Shown here: positions 40,732-46,312 of the stretch, one piece after another | How the letters are laid out: each line of letters begins with the position of its first letter | How positions within the stretch are numbered: position 1 is the stretch's first letter | Translations under genes and position numbers: made by a program | IMG/VR virus record: IMGVR_UViG_3300037183_000048 | Location: 1-46,312 of that record | Source of the DNA: a virus | Taxonomy: Duplodnaviria; Caudoviricetes | DNA length: 46,312 bases | Strand: one strand, 5' to 3' | Notes under the pieces: model-generated | Database searches by the model: none | Seen by the model: only the letters and a program-made list of their open reading frames with translations | Told to the model about the DNA's origin: nothing

Positions 40732-41108
40732 TGGCAAAGGATCAAGCAAGGTTCAAGATCGTTGGTGCAGTGTCGAAACACTGGATTAACGCCAAGGGTA
40801 ATTTCGGCACCTGCGATATCGAGGTGCAAGACGGCAAGTACAAGAGCATATTTCGTCGGTGCAAGGCGTTCTCGGACGTTATCGACGCGTTTCGGGAGAT
40901 TGGCATTGGCGAGGTGATCGAGGTCGTTGGCAACCTCGGCAACGAGAAGCTCACTAACAAGGCGCGTGAAGATGTCAAGGTAGACGGATTCAATGTGTGG
41001 GTCAATGTCCTGACGATCACGTCGATCAAGCGCGACGGCGAAGTGGTTCGACCGACGGGGCCAAAGAAAACTGCGGCTCCCGTCGAAGACGACGACATCA
41101 AGTTTTGA
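40731..41108 (+). CDS. ssb: Single-stranded DNA-binding protein
   Basis: OB-fold-like pattern (IGEVIEVVGNL), acidic C-terminus EDDDIKF; TAATG-coupled. Confidence 0.8.
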   Translation: MAKDQARFKIVGAVSKHWINAKGNFGTCDIEVQDGKYKSIFRRCKAFSDVIDAFREIGIGEVIEVVGNLGNEKLTNKAREDVKVDGFNVWVNVLTITSIKRDGEVVRPTGPKKTAAPVEDDDIKF

Positions 41109-41116
41109 GGTGAGCC

Positions 41117-41374
41117 ATGAAATTCACAGACGAAGAGTTGAGCAGGGTGCTGAGTGCGCATGAGGATGGAGAACTACATGCCTGCGGCAGTCTCGCTGGT
41201 CCGCGGTGCTGCCTGATCCAGGCGGCATTCCCGGGCATTAGCCTGATCAATGAAATGAGTCGCCAGCAACTCGCGGCAATGAGTTGGTTCGACGGAATCG
41301 ACGCCAAATGTGATGTCATCGCAAATTTATCCACTGACGAACTGCTCCACAAGATCGAAACGGAGTGTCCATGA
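41117..41374 (+). CDS. Hypothetical protein
   Basis: RBS GAGGTG. Confidence 0.6.
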   Translation: MKFTDEELSRVLSAHEDGELHACGSLAGPRCCLIQAAFPGISLINEMSRQQLAAMSWFDGIDAKCDVIANLSTDELLHKIETECP

Positions 41375-41577
41375 GCATCGAAGAAATGCAGTCCCGCGAA
41401 TCTTGCATGTTGGCACTTGGGTTCGAAACGCGAGCACGGTTTTGGAAGTCCGAAGCGCACAAGCAGGCGCACGAAATTGAACGTCTTCGAAGTGCGTTAC
41501 AGTTGGCATTGGACATGAACGCGAACCTAGAGATTGAGGTTAGCAAACTACGACGGTTACTGGAGACTGGTCAATGA
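41371..41577 (+). CDS. Coiled-coil hypothetical protein
   Basis: ATGA coupling. Confidence 0.55.
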   Translation: MSIEEMQSRESCMLALGFETRARFWKSEAHKQAHEIERLRSALQLALDMNANLEIEVSKLRRLLETGQ

Positions 41578-41933
41578 AACCTGGCCGTGATCCCTGGGTA
41601 CCCGTGCGCAGCGAATCGGAGTTGCGTGCCGGGATGGCCGTGCAGTTGCGACCGTGTCGGTACTGCGGCGAGAGGGACTTTATGGTTATTGGTGAGCCGC
41701 GCCCGCTGCCAACTGATGCCATGTTGCTTGATACCGACGGTAGTTGGAGATCGGTAGGCGATGGAGCTACGACAGATTGGCCTGTCTATGGCCGCACTTG
41801 TCGGTCCAGCATTGGGCGATCTGGAAAGGTTGATGTATTAACCAGGGCCATTCGCGAACGCCGTCTCTACCGCCTCAGCGACGAAGTAATGACCGAAACC
41901 GCAACGGTGCGAGAGATGGAGTTAACGAAATGA
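41574..41933 (+). CDS. Hypothetical protein
   Basis: ATGA coupling, CRYCG. Confidence 0.6.
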   Translation: MKPGRDPWVPVRSESELRAGMAVQLRPCRYCGERDFMVIGEPRPLPTDAMLLDTDGSWRSVGDGATTDWPVYGRTCRSSIGRSGKVDVLTRAIRERRLYRLSDEVMTETATVREMELTK

Positions 41934-41964
41934 AACCACCGAAATTGGAAGAGCGAGGTGCCAC

Positions 41965-42282
41965 ATGACGAAGCTTGACGAACGTATCGCATTCGAGAGT
42001 GGCGCAGCGTCGCGACAGGCCGAGGTAGATGCGCTCAGGGCCGAGGTAGACCGCGCTGGAGACGCCGGCAACGAGCACGGCATCGCGCTTATGCAGGCCG
42101 AGGTAGATGCATTGCGGGCGAAGCTCGACGAGGCGGCTGTGCTTGTCGAATATGTCCAGTCCGCAGTGGGCAGTGCCGCCTGCCCAAACGGTTGCTCGCA
42201 CAGGTGGTGTATTCAGTGTCGCGCCAATGAAGCCAGGCGTGATAAGTGGCTCGCCGACCATTACGCGAAGAAAGGTGGATGA
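41965..42282 (+). CDS. Hypothetical coiled-coil protein (QAEVDALRA twice)
   Basis: RBS GAGGTG. Confidence 0.6.
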   Translation: MTKLDERIAFESGAASRQAEVDALRAEVDRAGDAGNEHGIALMQAEVDALRAKLDEAAVLVEYVQSAVGSAACPNGCSHRWCIQCRANEARRDKWLADHYAKKGG

Positions 42283-42590
42283 CGATGGACTACAATTCAC
42301 AGGCAGCGAACGCCCAGCTGGGCGAGCCAACGTATATCGACGGCATCCGCGAAGGCGTGCGGCGGTGCGTGGAGTTGTTACAAAATCACGGTGACACACT
42401 TAGCATCGCTCACGGTGACCTCGCCGTTGCCGTATGGAGAGCATGCGAAATGCTCGAACGGACCCTCGGCGCAGAGGCGAAGGTGGAAGCGCCAGTGTGC
42501 GAACTGTGGTACGGTGAGACAGCAAGGGGTTACGGCGTTCTCCAGTGCATGAACTGTCGCCCCGCGAACCCGGCGAAGGTGACGAAGTGA
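42279..42590 (+). CDS. Hypothetical protein
   Basis: ATGA coupling. Confidence 0.55.
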   Translation: MTMDYNSQAANAQLGEPTYIDGIREGVRRCVELLQNHGDTLSIAHGDLAVAVWRACEMLERTLGAEAKVEAPVCELWYGETARGYGVLQCMNCRPANPAKVTK

Positions 42591-42688
42591 GGCGGCTGAT
42601 CTGCTGGGTGGTTGGACATCGCATATCACCGCTTGCCAGCGACTATCGGCACTGCCGTCGCTGCGGCGTTGACTGGACAATGCGATGA
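42587..42688 (+). CDS. Micro-protein ICWVVGH...CRRCG (33 aa)
   Basis: GTGA/ATGA coupling; motif common in phage early regions. Confidence 0.55.
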   Translation: MRRLICWVVGHRISPLASDYRHCRRCGVDWTMR

Positions 42689-42846
42689 AAACGCCACGAG
42701 AAGCCGCGCTCGAATGCGCGCCGGTGTGCGTATGCCCCGCTGCGAGGACTGCGTGCGATTACTGCCACGGCACGGGTCGCCTCGGCGTCGACGCGATTGA
42801 AAAGGCGATTGTGGCGCGGGATGCGGAGTACGCTTGGCGAGGTTAA
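42685..42846 (+). CDS. Small CxxCxGxG protein (53 aa)
   Basis: ATGA coupling; CDYCHGTG. Confidence 0.55.
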   Translation: MKTPREAALECAPVCVCPAARTACDYCHGTGRLGVDAIEKAIVARDAEYAWRG

Positions 42847-42906
42847 GCTGGCGCTGCGCGCCGAGGTGAAAGCCATCGTGGGTGCAATGAACCTAGGGGA
42901 GACACC

Positions 42907-43512
42907 ATGAACGAACGACGATTAGCGGACGGGTGGATGAAAGAATATGGATTCATGTGTACGCACATGGAAGGAGAAATATCGTCTCACTATTCGGACT
43001 CGACCACGCACCTGTTCGAGTTGACGCTGTACAAAAGTAAAAACGGTGGACAAGGCGCATGCGAGGCCCACGCCGAAGAGATGGGCGTTTTCGCGCAGGA
43101 CGATGCGTGCAAGGTGCCCGAGTGTTGTTCGGCATCCAATGGCGCGTGGCCCAACTTTGACGGTACTGTCGGGTGGTGGTGGCAAGGTGGCAGCCGCGTT
43201 GAAGTGGTTGTCGTCGATGGCGTGTGGAAGTGCCGGTCCTGCGCCGACCGTGCCAGGGCGAAACAGGCTCCAGAGTCGTCATTGCTCGCACCTGCAATGC
43301 CCGTCGCCGCGCGCGGGGGAGAAAGCGCGGCACTTTTGCCTGCCAAGGCGAAGAGATACCCGCTGGCTCTTTCGCCGCAGCAAACCTGCGATGCGCTCCC
43401 GTGGCGCTGCAGCACGGCGTGCTACGCGGCGAGGCGGCACGTGGAAGTTGAGGCGAAGGTGGCGACGGATTGGGAAGCGCCGAGGGATACGAAATGGTTT
43501 GGCACTCCATAG
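42907..43512 (+). CDS. Cys-rich hypothetical protein
   Basis: RBS GGGGAG. Confidence 0.55.
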   Translation: MNERRLADGWMKEYGFMCTHMEGEISSHYSDSTTHLFELTLYKSKNGGQGACEAHAEEMGVFAQDDACKVPECCSASNGAWPNFDGTVGWWWQGGSRVEVVVVDGVWKCRSCADRARAKQAPESSLLAPAMPVAARGGESAALLPAKAKRYPLALSPQQTCDALPWRCSTACYAARRHVEVEAKVATDWEAPRDTKWFGTP

Positions 43513-43799
43513 TTGTCGGCATGGGGTATCCGCAGTGCGGTTCGTATACCAAGGCCGGTATGATTATGGCGTTTAACAGCATACCTGGGCTCACGTTTAT
43601 CGTTAACGGCACGGGTGTAACCCCTGCATACTTCACGATGATTTTCGGTCCATACAATGCTCCACTGTGTCCCTAGTAGCAGCAGCAGACCGTATGAGCC
43701 GTTGCTTGTAACGCTCAACAACACCAACTCGTCGTCCGTTAGCAACGTTCAGTATACGTACTGGGTTGCCTACTGGACTGGCGCCTGGCTGGTCTGCTA

Positions 43800-44186
43800 A
43801 TGCGAGCAAGGCACAGAGGTGAAGTCTTTGGCGTGACTACTGTTCAGCGAACAGGATGGGAGAGACCAGGCAATCCAGACTGGGGAAAAATCTCTCGGCC
43901 CGTCTTGGCAGCACTTAAGAAACAACCTTTGGATGTCAAGGGATTGCTCAAAGAATGCGGCTGGAGAAGCAAAGACTCAATCTCCAATGCAATCGCATGG
44001 CTGTCACTCAACAAACTGGCGTTCTATCACCCAATATTGAAGAAGTGGTGCGTCTCAGCCGTCGCCCATCCCAATGCCGCTCCAAGCGGCGAGGTGGCCG
44101 TTAACCTTCGCTCGAATGTCGACGTGAATCCAGCCGGGGTAAATTCCGAGTCCACCCAAGTCGGGGATCCGCCCGTCATCGAATAG
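43800..44186 (+). CDS. Possible winged-helix-like protein, convergent with the endolysin
   Basis: VLAALKKQPLDVKGLLKECG...ISNAIAWL; 3' end overlaps the endolysin antisense. Confidence 0.45.
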   Translation: MRARHRGEVFGVTTVQRTGWERPGNPDWGKISRPVLAALKKQPLDVKGLLKECGWRSKDSISNAIAWLSLNKLAFYHPILKKWCVSAVAHPNAAPSGEVAVNLRSNVDVNPAGVNSESTQVGDPPVIE

Positions 44187-44510
44187 CTTACGAGTCTGCG
44201 CGTGAAGCTGTGCCACCCGCGCGGCGGTGGGGTTCGCTGGTCTGATGTCAGCAGCGCGTCCCTGAATGTGTTGGGAGTTCTTAGCGACTCCTGATACACC
44301 GCCGTTGCGGGCTGCGCTTGCGTTAGCTAATGCAGCGTTGAACGCGGACGTTCGGTATCCAGAGATAACCGTAAGCGGCCCGCCCCAGTCATCTCGGATG
44401 ACATCGAGAACGCGGCAGAGCACCGCAAGGCGATCCTCGATCCACTCGGTTGGATATGGAACGCCGTCATGCGAATAGAACTCACTGACGCTGAAATGGG
44501 CGCTGTTCAT
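44055..44510 (-). CDS. Endolysin, peptidase M15 family
   Basis: HFSVSEF, ISGYRT, SQHIQGRAADI, GLGIYPGWIHVDIR; RBS AAGGAG. Confidence 0.9.
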   Translation of the reverse strand: MNSAHFSVSEFYSHDGVPYPTEWIEDRLAVLCRVLDVIRDDWGGPLTVISGYRTSAFNAALANASAARNGGVSGVAKNSQHIQGRAADIRPANPTAARVAQLHAQTRKLFDDGRIPDLGGLGIYPGWIHVDIRAKVNGHLAAWSGIGMGDG

Positions 44511-44867
44511 GAGAAGTTTCTCCTTGATACACCAAGAGCCATCCCCTGGTCTGAGAGGCTGGGCACTACCTGCTGGCACTCGCTGCTACGCACGGACGGG
44601 CACAGGATCATCCCCCTTGGGGAGACCAGTTTTTGTGCTCGCTACCCGTAACGCCTGACGAGCTATAGGTCGCAGTGGGGTGTTCATGCCCGCACATTTC
44701 GAGGTTACGTGCGGCTCTTTGAATCTGCACGCGCCCTGGACTGGCTGCCCCTCGATTACAACCACGAGCATTTGTGTGACTCCAGCGCCCGCACGCCGAG
44801 ATGGGAACCAGCTTGACCCGGTTCAAGAAACATGGGAGTATGTCCCTTGTCGCTTTCACAACACGAC

Positions 44868-44895
44868 AGCCTACCGCATCGGTGACGAGAGTCAA
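44868..44895 (-). promoter_or_regulatory. Sigma70-like promoter TTGACT-N16-TAGGCT
   Basis: About 350 nt upstream of the endolysin ATG. Confidence 0.5.
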
Positions 44896-44910
44896 GAGGC
44901 GGGCACCAAC

Positions 44911-44941
44911 GCCGGGGGTTGGCTCTTCTCCCCCGGCTTTT
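44911..44941 (+). terminator. Intrinsic terminator-like hairpin (plus strand)
   Basis: GCCGGGGG-N11-CCCCCGGC-TTTT. Confidence 0.6.
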
Positions 44942-44947
44942 GTGCGT

Positions 44948-45184
44948 CTATGGGGTCACCGTTGGATGTCGTCGCAGGGCCTCGCCGACGGCACTGGACC
45001 GCGCAGCAGCCATGCCCGAGGCGATGGAGCGCATTTCCTCCAGGGGCGGCTCACTCTCGCGGCTGGCGAGGTTTGATAGAAAACCCAGCGCCTCCTTGGC
45101 GAGCTTAACGGCGAGGTCGGGGTGCGGATCAACCAAGTCAATGATCGACTCCACTACGGATACTACAGTCGGCAATATCGTCAT
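44948..45184 (-). CDS. Hypothetical protein
   Basis: ATGA-coupled in the lysis cluster. Confidence 0.55.
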   Translation of the reverse strand: MTILPTVVSVVESIIDLVDPHPDLAVKLAKEALGFLSNLASRESEPPLEEMRSIASGMAAARSSAVGEALRRHPTVTP

Positions 45185-45498
45185 TCTTTCCCCGCCATCT
45201 GAACAGTCAGGTTACGTGCCTGTTCCGAAATGAGGTTCTTGGCGTCGTTTATGGTTTCGAGAACTGCATCAAGTTCCTCAATGAGTCCGAAAAGGATTGC
45301 GCGGCGCCTAGCCGGTGTATGCGTGACGAGCTGTTCGCCAAGTTCCGCAATATTGTCTCCGCACGTTCGGACGGCCAATCCGAGGTTGACGGCGAATAGT
45401 CGAGGGTAGTCGATTCGTTTCGTTGGCGTTGTGTCGATTCCGTCGTCGACTCCGTCGATGTCCAGCACTGTACCATTTGGATTGTCGTCATTTGCCAT
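45181..45498 (-). CDS. Hypothetical coiled-coil protein
   Basis: RBS GGAG, MANDDNPNG. Confidence 0.6.
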   Translation of the reverse strand: MANDDNPNGTVLDIDGVDDGIDTTPTKRIDYPRLFAVNLGLAVRTCGDNIAELGEQLVTHTPARRRAILFGLIEELDAVLETINDAKNLISEQARNLTVQMAGKE

Positions 45499-45763
45499 TG
45501 TCTCCAGCTTTCGGCGCCTCTTCGATCTTATGAGCCGCCTCCAACGCAACCGTTTCCTTTTGACCTCTAGTTGTAAAATACGCTAAAACGATGGATCCAA
45601 TAGCAACCCAGTTAGACCACTTCGAATCGGGGGGTACCTTCACGCCTCCAGCGGCGATTGCGACCTGCAAACCGACGCCAATTCCAGCAAGTGCTTGCAG
45701 TGGTCCGCGCAGCCTCGCCGCAATCAGGTCAATGCCGTCGAGTACATCCTTGAGTGCCATCAT
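45488..45763 (-). CDS. Putative holin (2 TM)
   Basis: Two hydrophobic helices, charged C-terminus, near the endolysin. Confidence 0.6.
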   Translation of the reverse strand: MMALKDVLDGIDLIAARLRGPLQALAGIGVGLQVAIAAGGVKVPPDSKWSNWVAIGSIVLAYFTTRGQKETVALEAAHKIEEAPKAGDNGK

Positions 45764-46113
45764 TCGTCCTTTGGTGGTTTAGGTTTGTGCTTCTTACGAT
45801 ATTCCTGCGCCTGCAACGCCGCCATCCCATTGAGCGAAATCTGCAATTGGTCAATGCGGCTGCCAAGCAGACCAATGGATTGCTCAAGATTCACGAAGTG
45901 ACGGTTGGTCTCGGCGTCGCGAACGATGGTGTCCGCCTTGTATTCGGTTTTTGACAGCAGGCCGTAGTGCGAACCAAGGAACCCAGCTACGGCCGTGGAG
46001 GCCGCAACAAGTAGCGTGACGGCTGCCTGTTGAATCGTCGGCGAATGCGGACGAAGGTCGGGGACTCTTTCGTCGTCTTCGACAGCGCGCATTTGCCTAA
46101 CCGGCGGTCGCAT
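45760..46113 (-). CDS. Single-TM coiled-coil lysis-cluster protein
   Basis: AAVTLLVAASTAVAGFLG plus coiled coil; TAATG-coupled. Confidence 0.55.
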   Translation of the reverse strand: MRPPVRQMRAVEDDERVPDLRPHSPTIQQAAVTLLVAASTAVAGFLGSHYGLLSKTEYKADTIVRDAETNRHFVNLEQSIGLLGSRIDQLQISLNGMAALQAQEYRKKHKPKPPKDE

Positions 46114-46312
46114 TACATACCTGCCACCACGACCGAACCGAACGTCGGGATAGTAGCGTCTCCGATGTTGCCGTAACGGGCGTTCGCAGTCGTGACCTGA
46201 GCAAAGGTGTAGTTGCTGCTGTCGAGCGTGAGCATGGTGGCGTTCGACGTAATGCCAGATCCAGGCAGCGACGACAGTCCGCCGTGGCGGAATTTAGCCG
46301 CAGCCGCGAACA
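46113..46312 (-). CDS. 3' end of the junction-spanning spike gene (joins 1..1564)
   Basis: ...ARYGNIGDATIPTFGSVVVAGM*, in frame with the ATG at 1564. Confidence 0.8.
   Translation of the reverse strand, partial: FAAAAKFRHGGLSSLPGSGITSNATMLTLDSSNYTFAQVTTANARYGNIGDATIPTFGSVVVAGM
46186..46312 (+). repeat. Exact 127-bp terminal direct repeat, right copy
   Basis: Identical to 60-186. Confidence 0.95.

Larger units (their letters stand above)
1..46312. mobile_element. Complete circularly permuted tailed phage genome (podovirus-like, 46,126 bp unique)
   Basis: TerL, portal, MCP, adaptor, tail hub, spikes, lysis and replication genes are present; terminal overlap; no host housekeeping genes or integrase. 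Confidence 0.95.

Noticed and set aside
44655-44705. Hammerhead ribozyme (CTGACGAG core)
   Set aside because: No correctly placed GAAA after a stem II on the same strand.
1-46312. CRISPR arrays, tRNA genes, genetic-code reassignment
   Set aside because: No repeat-spacer arrays or cloverleafs seen by eye; core genes are intact in the standard code and use all three stops.

Overview
The window is an apparently complete, circularly permuted dsDNA tailed-phage genome of 46,126 bp. Bases 60-186 are repeated exactly at 46186-46312, and one gene runs across the junction. The left ~29.9 kb plus the last ~2.3 kb (minus strand) form a podovirus-type (P22-like architecture) late arm. It carries TerL, portal, a GroES co-chaperonin, scaffold, major capsid, adaptor, a gp10-like tail hub, ejection proteins, four beta-helix spike-like proteins, a Gly-rich fibre, a probable holin and an M15 endolysin. 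The 30.5-44.2 kb part is an early region with a TOPRIM primase, SF2 helicase, VRR-NUC-like nuclease, N6-adenine methyltransferase, a DnaA-C-like HTH protein and SSB. I found no DNA polymerase, integrase, canonical CI repressor, tRNA or CRISPR array. Indirect clues suggest a Myxococcota-like host (inference only). Most notable: (1) a single polypeptide fusing a PolI/FEN-type 5'-3' exonuclease to a RecT-like annealing domain, coupled to SSB; (2) a five-copy 13-14 bp operator in early promoters, clustered around a small leaderless non-HTH gene; (3) an antisense HNH cassette whose opposite strand is an uninterrupted ORF coupled at both ends (ATGA and TAATG) to the flanking virion genes; (4) an ejection protein with matched ~15x17-aa and ~15x18-aa arms; (5) a prion-like Q/G/P/M protein in the virion operon. 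All protein calls come from motif recognition by eye; no database searches were run.
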